Shown here piece after piece: positions 27,805-38,978 of a stretch of 64,000 nucleotides of DNA. The stretch comes from Oscillospiraceae bacterium (GTDB lineage Bacteria; Bacillota; Clostridia; Oscillospirales; QAMX01): positions 3,928-67,927 of the forward strand of contig SVLW01000003.1 of NCBI GenBank assembly GCA_015067705.1, read 5' to 3'. The notes beneath the pieces are model-generated. The model was not told the origin of the DNA, made no database searches, and saw only the letters and a list, made by a program, of their open reading frames with translations. Every line of letters starts with the position of its first letter. The first letter of the stretch is position 1. Both the position numbers and the translations under genes were made by a program.

Positions 27805-29094
27805 TTATTCAAGGAAACCCTTGTAATGGCGCATCATCAGCTGTGCCTCGACCTGCTGGACAGTTTCGAGAGCAACGCCGACGGCGATCATCAGGGAAGT
27901 ACCGCCGATGGAGATGGCAATAATACCGGTCGCAGCGCTGAAGATCAGCGGGAAGACAGCGACCACAGCCAGGAACGCAGCGCCGATGAAGGTGACTTTA
28001 CCCAGGATCTTCATGAGGAAGTCGGAAGTGGGCTTGCCGGGACGATAACCCATGACGAAGCCGCCGTTCTTCTTCAGGTTGTTGGAGATCTCAATGGGGT
28101 TGAACTGAATCACGGAATAGAAATATGCGAAGCCAAAGATCAGCAGCAGATACAGGATGATATAGAAGGGGTGAGTCTGCTGGAACCAGAGGCCGACTTT
28201 ATACCAGAAGCCGCCCTCGGCAGGACCGGTGAAACCAATGATGGTGGCCGGCAGTGCCAGGAAGGTGGAGGCGAAGATGACGGGCAGAACGCCGGACATA
28301 TTCACCTTCATGGGCAGATTGGTGGACTGGCCGCCGTACATCTTACGGCCGACCATACGCTTTGCATACTGGACAGGCACGCGGCGCTCTGCATCGGTCA
28401 CGACCACGATAAAGACGATCATGGCCAGGAGCAGCACGATCACGAGAGCCATCAGCAGGATATACCAGCCGCCCTGTGCAAAGTAAGCGAAGATCGTCAT
28501 AGCGATCTGCGGGAAACGGGCCACGATACCGACGAACAGCAGGATAGAGATGCCGTTGCCGATGCCGTTTTCGGTGATCTGTTCGCCCAGCCACATGACG
28601 ATGGCGGAACCAGCGGTGAAGCTTGCGATGATCACGATTGCGGACCAGACGCCGGGATTCAGCAGGAGATCATTGTTCCGGAGGAGGATGAAGTAAGTGA
28701 AGGACTGGATCAGGCCGATACCCACAGTGGCGTAACGGGTGAGAGCAGCGATCTTCTTCTTGCCTTCCTCGCCGCCTTCCTTGGAAAGACGCTCAAGAGC
28801 CGGAATGGCAATGGTCAGAAGCTGGATAATAATGCTTGCGTTAATATAAGGAGTGATCGACAGTGCAAACAAAGTGGCATAGCTCAGAGCACCACCGCTG
28901 AGGATATTGTAATAGCCCAGCAGGTTGCCTGACTCAAGGTACGTATCGAACAGCACGCGCAGTCCTGCCGTGTCAATACCGGGGATCAGCACTGCAACAG
29001 AACCGAACCGATAAATCACCACGATCATGAGCGTGAACAGGAGCTTTTTGCGGATTTCGGGGTTACGCCATGCGTTCACAAACGTATTCCACAT
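27805..29094 (-). CDS. secY: preprotein translocase subunit SecY
   Basis: 429 aa, 10 TM; canonical position between rplO and adk. Confidence 0.95.
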   Translation of the reverse strand: MWNTFVNAWRNPEIRKKLLFTLMIVVIYRFGSVAVLIPGIDTAGLRVLFDTYLESGNLLGYYNILSGGALSYATLFALSITPYINASIIIQLLTIAIPALERLSKEGGEEGKKKIAALTRYATVGIGLIQSFTYFILLRNNDLLLNPGVWSAIVIIASFTAGSAIVMWLGEQITENGIGNGISILLFVGIVARFPQIAMTIFAYFAQGGWYILLMALVIVLLLAMIVFIVVVTDAERRVPVQYAKRMVGRKMYGGQSTNLPMKVNMSGVLPVIFASTFLALPATIIGFTGPAEGGFWYKVGLWFQQTHPFYIILYLLLIFGFAYFYSVIQFNPIEISNNLKKNGGFVMGYRPGKPTSDFLMKILGKVTFIGAAFLAVVAVFPLIFSAATGIIAISIGGTSLMIAVGVALETVQQVEAQLMMRHYKGFLE

Positions 29095-29095
29095 G

Positions 29096-29536
29096 TTACA
29101 CCACCTCGGCCTTTCCTCCGGCTGCCTCGATCTTCTCCTTTGCGCCGGCAGAGAACGCGGCTGCCTGAACGGTCAGCTTCTTGCTCAGTTCGCCGGTGCC
29201 GAGAACCTTGACGCCATCAAGAGTCTTCTTGATGAGGCCGGCCTCGATGAGGGCCTGGGTATCAACGACTGCGCCGTCCTCAAAGATGGAGAGAGCAGCA
29301 ACATTGATCTCAGCGTAGTTGGTCTTAAAGTGGTTCTTGAATCCACGCTTCGGGAGCTTTCTGATATACGGGACGGAAGTACCGTCGAAGCCGGGGCGAA
29401 CGCCGCCGCCGGAGCGTGCATTCTGACCCTTATGACCACGACCGGCGGTCTTGCCGTTACCGGTGCCGATGCCGCGGCCTTTGCGCTTGCCTTCCTGAAC
29501 GGAACCAGGCGCAGGGGACAGTTCATATAACTTCAT
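29096..29536 (-). CDS. rplO: 50S ribosomal protein L15
   Basis: [12 protein letters not shown]...[14 protein letters not shown]. An alternative ATG 9 nt upstream (29545) cannot be excluded. Confidence 0.9.
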   Translation of the reverse strand: MKLYELSPAPGSVQEGKRKGRGIGTGNGKTAGRGHKGQNARSGGGVRPGFDGTSVPYIRKLPKRGFKNHFKTNYAEINVAALSIFEDGAVVDTQALIEAGLIKKTLDGVKVLGTGELSKKLTVQAAAFSAGAKEKIEAAGGKAEVV

Positions 29537-29607
29537 AAAGTTCATTCCTTTCGCTCCGCCAGATATACAGGCGAGAAAGACGCCTGCATATCGGGGTTAA
29601 AATGTCC

Positions 29608-29787
29608 TTAGACCTCTTCGACCTTCACGAGGTAAGAGATCTGGAAGATCTTACCGCGGGTCTGTGCATTGTCCGGCTGAACAGTGAAATCGTCGATCTT
29701 GCGAAGACCAAGGGAATTCGCAGTGGCGATATGAGTCTTATTTCTGCCGTTTAAGCTCTTCTTTAAGGTAATCTTCAGGTTTGCCAT
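29608..29787 (-). CDS. rpmD: 50S ribosomal protein L30
   Basis: Start at ATG 29787 ([15 protein letters not shown]...), 59 aa. The longer track ORF overlaps rpsE and is rejected. Confidence 0.9.
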   Translation of the reverse strand: MANLKITLKKSLNGRNKTHIATANSLGLRKIDDFTVQPDNAQTRGKIFQISYLVKVEEV

Positions 29788-29797
29788 GTTGCCCTCC

Positions 29798-30304
29798 TTA
29801 AGCCTTCGCGATGTCAGCGACGTTCTTGCCGCGGAGTGCTGCCACCTGCTCTGCATTGCGCAGGGACTCGAGGCCAGCCATAGTAGCGGAAACGACGTTG
29901 TGCGGGTTGTTGGAACGCAGGCACTTGGTACGGATATTCTTGATACCGACAGCCTCCATGACGGCACGCACTGCGCCGCCGGCGATGACGCCGGTACCTT
30001 CCGCAGCCGGCTTCAGCAGAACGCGGCCTGCGCCGAATTCGCCGATGACTTCGTGCGGAATGGTGTCGCCCTTCAGAGCGATCTGCTTCAGGTTCTTCTT
30101 TGCATCTTCCATGCCCTTGCGGATTGCATCCGGAACTTCGGCGGCCTTACCAAGGCCGTAACCGACGATGCCGTTGCCGTTGCCGACGACGACCAGAGCG
30201 GTGAACTTCATCACGCGGCCGCCCTTAACGGTCTTGGAAACACGGTTCAGGGCTACGACCTGCTCGGTCAGATCAAGGGTGGAAGCATCAATACGCTTTG
30301 CCAT
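29798..30304 (-). CDS. rpsE: 30S ribosomal protein S5
   Basis: Start at ATG 30304 ([30 protein letters not shown]...), 168 aa. Confidence 0.93.
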   Translation of the reverse strand: MAKRIDASTLDLTEQVVALNRVSKTVKGGRVMKFTALVVVGNGNGIVGYGLGKAAEVPDAIRKGMEDAKKNLKQIALKGDTIPHEVIGEFGAGRVLLKPAAEGTGVIAGGAVRAVMEAVGIKNIRTKCLRSNNPHNVVSATMAGLESLRNAEQVAALRGKNVADIAKA

Positions 30305-30323
30305 ATTCTTTTTCCCCTTTCCC

Positions 30324-30683
30324 TTAGAACTGGAGGCCACCCTCGCGGGCGCCTTCTGCCAGGCTCTGGACTCTGCCGTGATAGACATAGCCGCCGCGGT
30401 CGAAGACCACGTTTTCGATGCCCTTTGCCTTTGCGCGCTCAGCAATGGCCATACCGACCTTCTTTGCTGCTTCGCAGTTGCCGCCATACATTGCAAACTC
30501 CTTCTCGTTGGAGGAGGCTGCGCACAGGGTGACGCCGCTTACGTCGTCGATCACCTGGCAGTAGATGTTGGCGAGGCTTCTATAAACACACAGGCGGGGT
30601 CTTTCGGGCGTACCCGAGATGGCCGCACGCACTCTGCGATGACGCTTCAGGCGCTGAATATTGGAATCTTTTCTGCTAACCAT
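30324..30683 (-). CDS. rplR: 50S ribosomal protein L18
   Basis: [26 protein letters not shown]... Confidence 0.95.
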   Translation of the reverse strand: MVSRKDSNIQRLKRHRRVRAAISGTPERPRLCVYRSLANIYCQVIDDVSGVTLCAASSNEKEFAMYGGNCEAAKKVGMAIAERAKAKGIENVVFDRGGYVYHGRVQSLAEGAREGGLQF

Positions 30684-30698
30684 CAGTGTACACTCCCT

Positions 30699-31244
30699 TT
30701 ACTTCTTCTTACCGCCGGCCTTGCCTTCCTTGCGGATGATGGTCTCGTCGATATACTTAATGCCCTTGCCCTTATAGGGTTCCGGCGGACGCTTCTCGCG
30801 GACGTTTGCTGCAAACTGACCAACGACCTGCTTGTCGGGACCGCTGATGATGATGCGGTTGGGGGCGGGAACGTCGATCGTGATGCCGGGGATCTCTTCC
30901 ATGATCACCTGATGAGAATAACCCAGGTTCATCACAAGCTTGTTGCCATCCTTGGAAACACGGTAACCAACGCCGTTGACCTCCAGCTCCTTCTTGAAGC
31001 CGGTGGAAACGCCGGTGACCATATTGGACACAAGAGCGCGGGTGAGGCCATGGAGGGAGCGGATTTCCTGCTTGTCATTGGGACGGGTGACGGTGATCAC
31101 GCCGGCTTCCATAGAGACCGCGATCTCGGGATGGATGACAGACTTCAGTTCGCCCTTCGGGCCCTTAACGGTAATGTTCTTGCCATCGATCGTGACCTGC
31201 ACATCGGCCGGCACAGTGATGGGCATTCTACCAATTCTAGACAT
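30699..31244 (-). CDS. rplF: 50S ribosomal protein L6
   Basis: MSRIGRMPITVPADVQVTIDG... Confidence 0.95.
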   Translation of the reverse strand: MSRIGRMPITVPADVQVTIDGKNITVKGPKGELKSVIHPEIAVSMEAGVITVTRPNDKQEIRSLHGLTRALVSNMVTGVSTGFKKELEVNGVGYRVSKDGNKLVMNLGYSHQVIMEEIPGITIDVPAPNRIIISGPDKQVVGQFAANVREKRPPEPYKGKGIKYIDETIIRKEGKAGGKKK

Positions 31245-31255
31245 AATGCTCCTCC

Positions 31256-31651
31256 TTACCAGACGAATGCCAGGACCTCGCCGCCCACGTGAGCAGCTCT
31301 GGCCTGCTTGTCAGTCATAACACCCTTGGAAGTGGAGATCACAGCAACACCGAGGCCACGCAGGACCTGGGGCAGCTCTTCGGCCGGAGCGTAAACGCGC
31401 AGACCCGGCTTGGACACGCGGCGGATGCCGGTGATGGCCTTTTCGCCATTGACATACTTCAGGGTGATCTTGATGGTGCCCTGGCCGCCGTCTTCGACGA
31501 CCTGGTAATTCTTAATATAACCTTCCTCGAGAAGGATCTGAGCGATAGCCTTCTTCATCTTGGAGGCCGGTACATCAACCGATTCATGTCTTGCTGCGCT
31601 TGCATTGCGCAGACGAGTCAGCATATCGGCAATAGGATCAGTAATATGCAT
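31256..31651 (-). CDS. rpsH: 30S ribosomal protein S8
   Basis: [17 protein letters not shown]... Confidence 0.95.
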   Translation of the reverse strand: MHITDPIADMLTRLRNASAARHESVDVPASKMKKAIAQILLEEGYIKNYQVVEDGGQGTIKITLKYVNGEKAITGIRRVSKPGLRVYAPAEELPQVLRGLGVAVISTSKGVMTDKQARAAHVGGEVLAFVW

Positions 31652-31664
31652 TTCTAAGTCCTCC

Positions 31665-31850
31665 TTACCAGCTGGCTTTTCTCACGCCGGGAATCTGTCC
31701 CTTGTAAGCAAGCTCACGGAAGCAGATACGGCAGATGCCATAGTCACGAAGGTAGGCGTGGGGACGGCCGCACAGCTTGCAGCGGTTATAGCCGCGAGTA
31801 GAGAACTTCGGGGTTCTCTGCTGCTTTAAGATCATAGATTTCTTAGCCAC
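31665..31850 (-). CDS. rpsZ: 30S ribosomal protein S14 type Z (zinc-binding)
   Basis: 61 aa with CKLCGRP...CRICFRE. Confidence 0.95.
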   Translation of the reverse strand: MAKKSMILKQQRTPKFSTRGYNRCKLCGRPHAYLRDYGICRICFRELAYKGQIPGVRKASW

Positions 31851-31864
31851 GTTCTCTGCCTCCC

Positions 31865-32410
31865 TTATTCATCCTTGGAGAAGGGTGCGCCAAGAGCCTC
31901 GAGAAGAGCCTTGGCTTCTTCGTCCGTATTCGCGGTGGTGACCATGATGATGTCCATGCCGCGGATCTTATCGATCTTATCGTACTCGATTTCCGGGAAA
32001 ATCAGCTGTTCCTTCAGGCCCAGGGCATAGTTGCCGCGGCCGTCGAAGGCGTTGGGGTTGATACCACGGAAGTCACGAACGCGCGGAAGCGCGACGTTGA
32101 AGAGACGATCCAGGAACTCCCACATGCGCTCGGAGCGGAGGGTGACCTTCACGCCGACGGGCATGCCTTCACGGAGCTTGAAGTTAGCGACGGACTTGCG
32201 GGCGTGGGTCACGACGGGCTTCTGACCGGTGATGATGGAGATGTCATTGACAACTGCATCGATGATCTTGGCGTTGTCGCGGGCTTCGCCGCAGCCGACG
32301 TTGATGACGATCTTGTCGAGCTTCGGGATCTGCATCGGGCTCTTATAATCAAACTTCTTCATGAGAGCCGGGGCGATCTCGGCTACATATTTATCTTTCA
32401 AACGTGCCAC
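31865..32410 (-). CDS. rplE: 50S ribosomal protein L5
   Basis: [31 protein letters not shown]... Confidence 0.95.
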   Translation of the reverse strand: MARLKDKYVAEIAPALMKKFDYKSPMQIPKLDKIVINVGCGEARDNAKIIDAVVNDISIITGQKPVVTHARKSVANFKLREGMPVGVKVTLRSERMWEFLDRLFNVALPRVRDFRGINPNAFDGRGNYALGLKEQLIFPEIEYDKIDKIRGMDIIMVTTANTDEEAKALLEALGAPFSKDE

Positions 32411-32423
32411 TTATCGTCCCTCC

Positions 32424-32738
32424 TTAAAGCTCTGCGCCGCAGTGCTTGCACACGCGGGTCTTCTTGCCATCAGCCACGTTGGTCTTGATGCGGGTGGGCT
32501 TGTGGCACTTGGGGCAAACGACCATCACCTTGCAGGCGGCCAGAGCCAGCTCCTGCTTGATGATGCCGCCCTGCTGCTGTGCGTTTCTGGGCTTCACATG
32601 CTTGGTAGCGATATTGATGCCTTCGACAACAACCTTGCCAGTCGCGGGGACAGTAGCGAGGACCTTGCCGGTACGGCCGCGATCCTTACCGGTAATGACC
32701 TGTACGGTATCGCCCTTCTTAATCTTCAAAGCGTTCAT
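32424..32738 (-). CDS. rplX: 50S ribosomal protein L24 (KOW domain plus C-terminal Cys4 ribbon)
   Basis: IKKGDTVQVITGKDRGRTGKV...; C-terminus CPKCHKP...CKHCG. Confidence 0.93.
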   Translation of the reverse strand: MNALKIKKGDTVQVITGKDRGRTGKVLATVPATGKVVVEGINIATKHVKPRNAQQQGGIIKQELALAACKVMVVCPKCHKPTRIKTNVADGKKTRVCKHCGAEL

Positions 32739-32750
32739 CTTGCGCCCTCC

Positions 32751-33119
32751 TTACAGAACTTCGGGGGCCAGGGACAGGATCTTCATATAGTCCTTGTCGC
32801 GCAGCTCTCTGGCGACCGGCCCAAAGATACGAGTTCCTCTGGGGTTCTTATCATCACGGATAATAACGGCTGCGTTGTCGTCAAACTTGACGTAGCTGCC
32901 ATCAGCGCGGCGGACGCCTGCTGCGGAACGAACGATGACTGCCTTCACGACGTCACCCTTCTTCACAACACCGCCCGGAGCGGCCTTACGAACGGAGGCT
33001 ACGATCACATCGCCGATATTGCCGTACTTTCTGACCGAACCGCCCAGCACGCGGATGCACTTAAGCTCCTTTGCGCCGGTATTGTCGGCCACTTTCAGTT
33101 TCGATTCCTGCTGAACCAT
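32751..33119 (-). CDS. rplN: 50S ribosomal protein L14
   Basis: [18 protein letters not shown]... Confidence 0.95.
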   Translation of the reverse strand: MVQQESKLKVADNTGAKELKCIRVLGGSVRKYGNIGDVIVASVRKAAPGGVVKKGDVVKAVIVRSAAGVRRADGSYVKFDDNAAVIIRDDKNPRGTRIFGPVARELRDKDYMKILSLAPEVL

Positions 33120-33134
33120 TTAAGCGTGCCTCCT

Positions 33135-33392
33135 TTATCGTGCCTTCTCGATTATCTCGACCAGGCGCCATCTCTTATCCTTGGACAGGGGGCGGGTCTC
33201 CATAACCAGAACCTTATCGCCGATGCCGCACTCGTTGTTCTCGTCGTGGGCCTTCAGCTTATAGGTATTCTTCATAGTCTTTCTATAAAGGGGATGTGCT
33301 ACTCTGTCTTCGACCGCCACGACGATGGTCTTATCCATCTTGTCGGAAACAACGCGGCCGACTCTCGTCTTACGGAAAGCTCTGTCACTCAT
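33135..33392 (-). CDS. rpsQ: 30S ribosomal protein S17
   Basis: [22 protein letters not shown]... Confidence 0.95.
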   Translation of the reverse strand: MSDRAFRKTRVGRVVSDKMDKTIVVAVEDRVAHPLYRKTMKNTYKLKAHDENNECGIGDKVLVMETRPLSKDKRWRLVEIIEKAR

Positions 33393-33407
33393 TATTCAGT
33401 ACCTCCC

Positions 33408-33599
33408 TTAACCGGCTGTCTTCTCGGTGATGACAGTTTTCACTCTAGCGATTTCGCGGCGAACCTCGGAGATTCTCTTGGGATTCTCAAGCTGGTTGGT
33501 CGCGTTCTGGAAGCGAAGGTTGAAGAGATCTTTTTTCAGATCGTTCAGCTTCACATTCAACTCTTCGACGCTCATCTCACGGATCTCATTAGTCTTCAT
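33408..33599 (-). CDS. rpmC: 50S ribosomal protein L29
   Basis: [31 protein letters not shown]... Confidence 0.95.
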   Translation of the reverse strand: MKTNEIREMSVEELNVKLNDLKKDLFNLRFQNATNQLENPKRISEVRREIARVKTVITEKTAG

Positions 33600-34035
33600 T
33601 CTCTACACCGCCGTCCTCAACGTCGCACTCTTCGCGCTTAACAAACTTGGTCTTGATAGGCAGCTTATAGCTGGCAAGACGCATAGCTTCACGAGCAGTC
33701 TCTTCCGGAACACCGGCGATCTCAAAGAGAACGCGGCCGGGCTTGACGACTGCTACCCAATACTCGGGAGAACCCTTACCGGAACCCATGCGGGTCTCGG
33801 CCGGCTTCTTGGTAACGGGCTTATCGGGGAAAATCTTGATCCAGACCTGACCGCCACGCTTGATGTAACGGGTCATGGCAATACGGGCTGCCTCGATCTG
33901 GTTGGAAGTGATCCATGCGGGCTCAAGAGCCTGCAGACCATAATCACCGTAGTTCACCTTGGTGCCTCTGTGGGCGGTGCCCTTCAGGCGGCCGCGATGC
34001 ACTCTACGGTATTTCACTCTCTTAGGCAGAAGCAT
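33589..34035 (-). CDS. rplP: 50S ribosomal protein L16
   Basis: [19 protein letters not shown]... Confidence 0.95.
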   Translation of the reverse strand: MLLPKRVKYRRVHRGRLKGTAHRGTKVNYGDYGLQALEPAWITSNQIEAARIAMTRYIKRGGQVWIKIFPDKPVTKKPAETRMGSGKGSPEYWVAVVKPGRVLFEIAGVPEETAREAMRLASYKLPIKTKFVKREECDVEDGGVENED

Positions 34036-34967
34036 TAGTTGTTGCCTCCTTCCGGTTTAGCTGCGGGAGCAGCCGGACGCGGGCCGCGGTTGAAGCCGCC
34101 CTGCGGACGATTGCCGCCCTGTGCGCCACGGTTATAACCCTGGCCATTCTGCGGACGGCCCTGGCCGCCCTGACCGCGGTTGAAGCCGCCCTCGCGGGGA
34201 CCACGGTTGAAGCCCTGGCCGCCTTCACGCGGGCCACGGTTGAAGCCGCCACGGCGGTCGCCGTTACGGTTGTCACGACGGTCGCGGCGATCGCGGCGGT
34301 CGTTACGCGGAGCCTCGACAGTGGACTGTCTGGGGCCGCCGGTCAGGATCTCACCACGGTAGATCCACACCTTGACGCCGATGCGGCCGTACTGGGTCTT
34401 TGCCTCAGCGAAACCGTAGTCGATGTCAGCGCGCAGAGTCTGCAGCGGAATGGTACCTTCGTGATAGTGCTCGGTACGAGCGATTTCAGCGCCGCCCAGA
34501 CGACCGGAAACGGAAGTCTTGATACCACGGACGCCGGCGCGGGTGGCGCGGCCCATGGACTGCTTCATGGCACGACGGAAGCTGACGCGCTTCTCAAGCT
34601 GGGAAGCGATGCTCTCAGCGACGAGCTGAGCGTTGATGTCCGGGTTACGGATCTCAACGATGTTCACTGCAACGCGCTTGCCGATCATCTCCTCAAGGGT
34701 CAGGCGAAGCTTCTCAATGTCAGCGCCGCCACGGCCGATGACGATGCCCGGACGTGCACAGTGGATGAAAATACGAACGCGGTTGGGATTTCTCTCAATC
34801 TCGATCTTCGGGATACCGGCTTCATACAGGGTATCCTTGATGAACTTACGAATCTTGAAGTCTTCCACGAGAAGGTCGCCGACCTTTTCGTTCTTGGCGT
34901 ACCATCTGGAGTCCCAGTTCTGGATCACGCCAACGCGAAGACCATGAGGATTAACTTTCTGCCCCAT
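34035..34967 (-). CDS. rpsC: 30S ribosomal protein S3 with long Arg/Gly/Asn-rich C-terminal extension
   Basis: [13 protein letters not shown]... KH and S3-C domains, then a low-complexity tail of about 90 aa ([45 protein letters not shown]...). Confidence 0.95.
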   Translation of the reverse strand: MGQKVNPHGLRVGVIQNWDSRWYAKNEKVGDLLVEDFKIRKFIKDTLYEAGIPKIEIERNPNRVRIFIHCARPGIVIGRGGADIEKLRLTLEEMIGKRVAVNIVEIRNPDINAQLVAESIASQLEKRVSFRRAMKQSMGRATRAGVRGIKTSVSGRLGGAEIARTEHYHEGTIPLQTLRADIDYGFAEAKTQYGRIGVKVWIYRGEILTGGPRQSTVEAPRNDRRDRRDRRDNRNGDRRGGFNRGPREGGQGFNRGPREGGFNRGQGGQGRPQNGQGYNRGAQGGNRPQGGFNRGPRPAAPAAKPEGGNN

Positions 34968-34982
34968 TGTACGACCTCCTGA

Positions 34983-35318
34983 TTATTCTCTCTCTTTGAG
35001 AGCCAAGGTGATGTGCGAAGTGCGCTTCAAAAGACGATCGGCGCTGCCGCGGGCTCTGGGCGTGATGCGCTTCAGGGTCGGGCCCGGCGTCACGAACACT
35101 TCGGAAACATAGAGACGATCGACGTCCATTTCGAAGTTGTTCTCGGCGTTTGCGATGGCGCTCTTCAGGAGCTTGATGAGCGGCTCGGATGCCGCCTTGG
35201 GGGTATTCATTAAGATTGCAGCAGCCTCAGAGATGCTCTTGCCGCGAATCAGATCGCAGACAATCTTCACCTTTCTGGGGGTGATGCGAATATGCTTCAC
35301 ATATGCTCTTGCTTCCAT
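34983..35318 (-). CDS. rplV: 50S ribosomal protein L22
   Basis: [27 protein letters not shown]... Confidence 0.95.
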   Translation of the reverse strand: MEARAYVKHIRITPRKVKIVCDLIRGKSISEAAAILMNTPKAASEPLIKLLKSAIANAENNFEMDVDRLYVSEVFVTPGPTLKRITPRARGSADRLLKRTSHITLALKERE

Positions 35319-35333
35319 GTTACTGTTCCTCCC

Positions 35334-35609
35334 TTACTTGCCGGAGGTCTTGCTGCCCGCATGACCCTTGAAGGTACGAGTGGGAGCAAACTCGCCAAGC
35401 TTGTGGCCGACCATGTCCTCGGTGACATACACCGGAACGTGCTTGCGGCCGTCATGGACTGCGATGGTGTGACCAACGAACTCCGGGAAAATCGTGGAGG
35501 CGCGAGACCAGGTCTTGACGACGTGCTTCTCGTTAGCAGCATTCATCTCAGCGATTCTCTTATAGAGCTCAGGAGCCACGAACGGTCCCTTTTTAATACT
35601 TCTGCTCAT
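35334..35609 (-). CDS. rpsS: 30S ribosomal protein S19
   Basis: [19 protein letters not shown]... Confidence 0.95.
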   Translation of the reverse strand: MSRSIKKGPFVAPELYKRIAEMNAANEKHVVKTWSRASTIFPEFVGHTIAVHDGRKHVPVYVTEDMVGHKLGEFAPTRTFKGHAGSKTSGK

Positions 35610-35625
35610 TTAAGTTACCTCCTGA

Positions 35626-36459
35626 TCACTTGCTGTTGCGGCGCTTGACGATGAACTTGTTGGAACGGTTCTTTCTGGAGCGGGTCTTATAACCCAGAGT
35701 GGGCTTACCCCAGGGAGTAACCGGGCCGGGACGGCCAACCGGGCTCTTGCCCTCACCACCGCCGTGGGGGTGGTCAACAGGGTTCATAACGGAACCGCGA
35801 ACGCTGGGACGGACGCCCATGTGACGCTTACGGCCGGCCTTACCGATCTGAACGTTCTCATGATCGAGGTTGCCGACCTGGCCGATCGTGGCCTTGCAGT
35901 CGAGGCGGACCAGGCGGACTTCACCGGAGGGAAGACGAACCTGTGCGTAACCGTTTTCCTTTGCCATCAGCTGAGCAGCAGCACCGGCGGAGCGGACGAG
36001 CTGTGCGCCGCGGCCAGGATAAAGCTCAACGTTGTGGATGACGGTACCAACGGGGATGTTCTGGATCGGCAGGCAGTTGCCGGGCTTAATGTCTGCGCTG
36101 GCGCCGGAGACGACGACGTCGCCGCGGTTCAGGCCGACAGGTGCGAGGATGTAACGGCGTTCGCCGTCTTCATACTCAAGACGGGCAATGTTGGCGGAAC
36201 GGTTCGGGTCGTACTCGATGAAGAGGACGGTGGCCGGCATATCCAGCTTGTCACGTCTGAAGTCGATGATTCTGTATTTCTGTCTGTTACCGCCGCCCTG
36301 ATGACGAACGGTGATTCTGCCATAGCTGTTACGGCCGGAATGCTTCTTATTGGTATCAAGAAGGCTCTTTTCCGGCTTTACCTTGTCAAGCCCGGAGTAA
36401 TCGGCAACCGTCATGTGACGACGGGACGGAGTCGTGGGCTTAAAGGTCTTTGTCGGCAT
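35626..36459 (-). CDS. rplB: 50S ribosomal protein L2
   Basis: Start placed at ATG 36459 ([14 protein letters not shown]...) with GGGAG 8 nt upstream. The track start at 36468 is a GTG abutting the RBS. Confidence 0.93.
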   Translation of the reverse strand: MPTKTFKPTTPSRRHMTVADYSGLDKVKPEKSLLDTNKKHSGRNSYGRITVRHQGGGNRQKYRIIDFRRDKLDMPATVLFIEYDPNRSANIARLEYEDGERRYILAPVGLNRGDVVVSGASADIKPGNCLPIQNIPVGTVIHNVELYPGRGAQLVRSAGAAAQLMAKENGYAQVRLPSGEVRLVRLDCKATIGQVGNLDHENVQIGKAGRKRHMGVRPSVRGSVMNPVDHPHGGGEGKSPVGRPGPVTPWGKPTLGYKTRSRKNRSNKFIVKRRNSK

Positions 36460-36515
36460 TACTCTCACTCCCTATATAATAATGAGGTTTCGGAATAGTT
36501 TCTCTCCGAAGAAAA

Positions 36516-36809
36516 TTAGGTGAGGGACTCGAAGAACTCGATGGCCTTGGAGTCTTCCTTCAGGGTCACGATGGCTTTTTTCCAGGCCTTGGTGTGGCCG
36601 ACGGTATAGCCGCGGCGGCGGGCCTTGCCATCATAGTTCATGGTGTTGACGCTCTCGACCTGGACGCCGAAGATTTCTTCAACAGCCTGCTTGATCTCAA
36701 ACTTGTTGGCCTCACGGGCAACCTCGAAGGTGTACTTGTGCATTTCTGCACCTTCCACGCTGCGCTCGGTCACGATCGGGCGGCGGATGACATCATAAAT
36801 GGATTTCAT
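36516..36809 (-). CDS. rplW: 50S ribosomal protein L23
   Basis: MKSIYDVIRRPIVTERS... Confidence 0.95.
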   Translation of the reverse strand: MKSIYDVIRRPIVTERSVEGAEMHKYTFEVAREANKFEIKQAVEEIFGVQVESVNTMNYDGKARRRGYTVGHTKAWKKAIVTLKEDSKAIEFFESLT

Positions 36810-37435
36810 TTACCGAACACCTCCTGGATTTTTTCAACTGCGGTGCGGTCGACGATGAACTTGTCAGCGTTCATGATGTCGTACACATTGATGACCTCGG
36901 CCGGGGTGGTCAGGACGCCGGGGATGTTGCGGGCGGACAGAACCACGTTGCGGCGAACCTCAGGAGTGACGATCAGGCTCTTCTGCTCGCCTGCGCCAAC
37001 TGCCTTCAGCATGCTGACAATGTTCTTGGTCTTGATCTCGGTGCAATCGAGGTTGTCGATGACGATGAGCTCGCCGGCCTGTGCCTTTGCGGACAGAGCG
37101 GACAGCAGAGCCAGTCTCTTGTACTTCTTGTTGAGGCGGTAGGTGTAGGTTCTGGGCTTCGGTGCAAATGCGACGCCGCCGTGAGTCCACTGCGGGGAAC
37201 GGGTGGAACCCTGACGTGCGCGGCCGGTGCCCTTCTGGCGCCACGGCTTGCGGCCGCCGCCGGAGACCTCTGCACGGGTCAGAGCGCTCTGGGTGCCCTG
37301 ACGGCGATTGGCCAGCTGATTCTTGACTGCCTCATGGATGGCGACCATGTTCGGCTCGATGCCGAAGATGGCGTCGGAAAGTTCGATCTCGCCGACCATC
37401 TTTCCGGTCATATCATAAACATTCGTCTTAGGCAT
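36806..37435 (-). CDS. rplD: 50S ribosomal protein L4
   Basis: MPKTNVYDMTGKMVGEIELSD...GGGRKPWRQKGTGRARQGS. Confidence 0.95.
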   Translation of the reverse strand: MPKTNVYDMTGKMVGEIELSDAIFGIEPNMVAIHEAVKNQLANRRQGTQSALTRAEVSGGGRKPWRQKGTGRARQGSTRSPQWTHGGVAFAPKPRTYTYRLNKKYKRLALLSALSAKAQAGELIVIDNLDCTEIKTKNIVSMLKAVGAGEQKSLIVTPEVRRNVVLSARNIPGVLTTPAEVINVYDIMNADKFIVDRTAVEKIQEVFGK

Positions 37436-37455
37436 GATACAAACTCTCCTTTCTG

Positions 37456-38157
37456 TTATCTATTTCTACCAGACAGCTTCTGCGGGTTGATGGTAGTGGT
37501 GTTGTTGACCTGCTTGACGCGGTGAGTCTTCACAGTGGACTTCACATACACGATGCCGCCGCGGGGACCGGGGATGGCGCCGCGCACTGCGATGATGTTG
37601 AGCTCGGGATCAACCTTCACGATGTCCAGGTTCTGGATGGTGACCTGCTCGACACCCAGGTGACCAGGCATTTCCATACCGGGGAACACACGGGCGGGGT
37701 CGGAGTTGGCACCGGTGGAACCGACGCTGCGGTGGACAGGGCCCACACCATGGGTGTGCTCCTGAACGCCGTGGCCCCAGCGCTTGACGACGCCGGCGTA
37801 GCCCTTACCTTTGCTGATGCCGGTAACGTCTACGAAGTCGCCTTCTTCAAACACGTCTGCGGTGAGCACGTCGCCCACATTCAGCTCTGCGAGCTCGCCG
37901 TCAAACTTGAACTCTTTCAGGTGACGCTTGAGATCCTCGCCGGCCTTTCTCAGGTGGCCGATCTCGGGCTTATTGAGCTTGCGCTCGGGAACATCCTCGA
38001 AGCCCAGCTGGAGAGCATTGTAGCCGTCCTTCTCAACGACCTTCTTCTGGATGACGGTGCAGGGACCGGCCTCGATAACGGTAACCGGAATCACCTTGCC
38101 CTCTTCGGTGAAAATCTGGGTCATGCCCACTTTTCTGCCGATGATTGCCTTTTTCAT
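37456..38157 (-). CDS. rplC: 50S ribosomal protein L3
   Basis: MKKAIIGRKVGMTQIF... Confidence 0.95.
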   Translation of the reverse strand: MKKAIIGRKVGMTQIFTEEGKVIPVTVIEAGPCTVIQKKVVEKDGYNALQLGFEDVPERKLNKPEIGHLRKAGEDLKRHLKEFKFDGELAELNVGDVLTADVFEEGDFVDVTGISKGKGYAGVVKRWGHGVQEHTHGVGPVHRSVGSTGANSDPARVFPGMEMPGHLGVEQVTIQNLDIVKVDPELNIIAVRGAIPGPRGGIVYVKSTVKTHRVKQVNNTTTINPQKLSGRNR

Positions 38158-38227
38158 TTGTTTTCCTCCTTGTCGGTTATTGGTCGGCTTTGCCGACTTG
38201 ACCGGAACGGAACCGGGTTCCGTTCAC

Positions 38228-38533
38228 TTAGATGACCTTTATCTCAATATCAACGCCTGCCGGCAGGTCGAGGCTCATGAGAGCTTCCACAGTCTTCTGG
38301 GCAGGATTGACAATATCGATCAAACGCTTGTGGGTACGTCTCTCAAACTGCTCACGGCTGTCCTTGTACTTATGAACAGCACGCAGGATGGTGACGATCT
38401 CCTTCTGGGTGGGAAGCGGGATGGGACCGGACACTTCGGAACCGGTACGCTTGGCAGCCTCGACGATGCGGGCAGCGCTCTGGTCTATGAGCTGGTGGTC
38501 ATAGGCCTTCAGGCGAACTCTGATCTTCTCCAT
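38228..38533 (-). CDS. rpsJ: 30S ribosomal protein S10
   Basis: [19 protein letters not shown]...; first gene of the cluster. Confidence 0.95.
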   Translation of the reverse strand: MEKIRVRLKAYDHQLIDQSAARIVEAAKRTGSEVSGPIPLPTQKEIVTILRAVHKYKDSREQFERRTHKRLIDIVNPAQKTVEALMSLDLPAGVDIEIKVI

Positions 38534-38949
38534 TTTGTTTTCCTCCTTGCACGTACGTTTCCCAAAGCCGCCGCGTCGTGCATAGTCGTATTAAATTTGC
38601 GGCGGTCGGGACAGTACGGCTCTCGAACATTGCAACCGCGCCGTGCGTCAAAACGCTGTACAAGATAAAAACCGGAAATCTTTCCGACTTTCCAAACCGG
38701 CATAAAACGCAGGTGGAAATTCGGACAGTATCGTCCGGCTTTCTACCACGTGTTGGTCCATACAGCCTGTTTCATCTGCACGTACGCGCGTTTTCGCAGT
38801 ATTCGAAGCCGCCCGTCATATTCACCACGAAGCCGTGGTGCGCGGACATACTCAGCCGAAGTTACCTCGTTCTTCACGAGCAATCTCCAGCGTCATCGCA
38901 TCAGCATTTGAGGCATGCCAAACCACTTGCACACTTCGCAAGCCTGTTT

Positions 38950-38978
38950 AGTATACACCCTGTGACCCTAAAAGTCAA
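38950..38978 (-). promoter_or_regulatory. sigma-A promoter candidate for the S10 operon
   Basis: On the minus strand: TTGACT (38978-38973), 17-nt spacer, TATACT (38955-38950). This implies a leader of roughly 410 nt before rpsJ. Confidence 0.6.
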
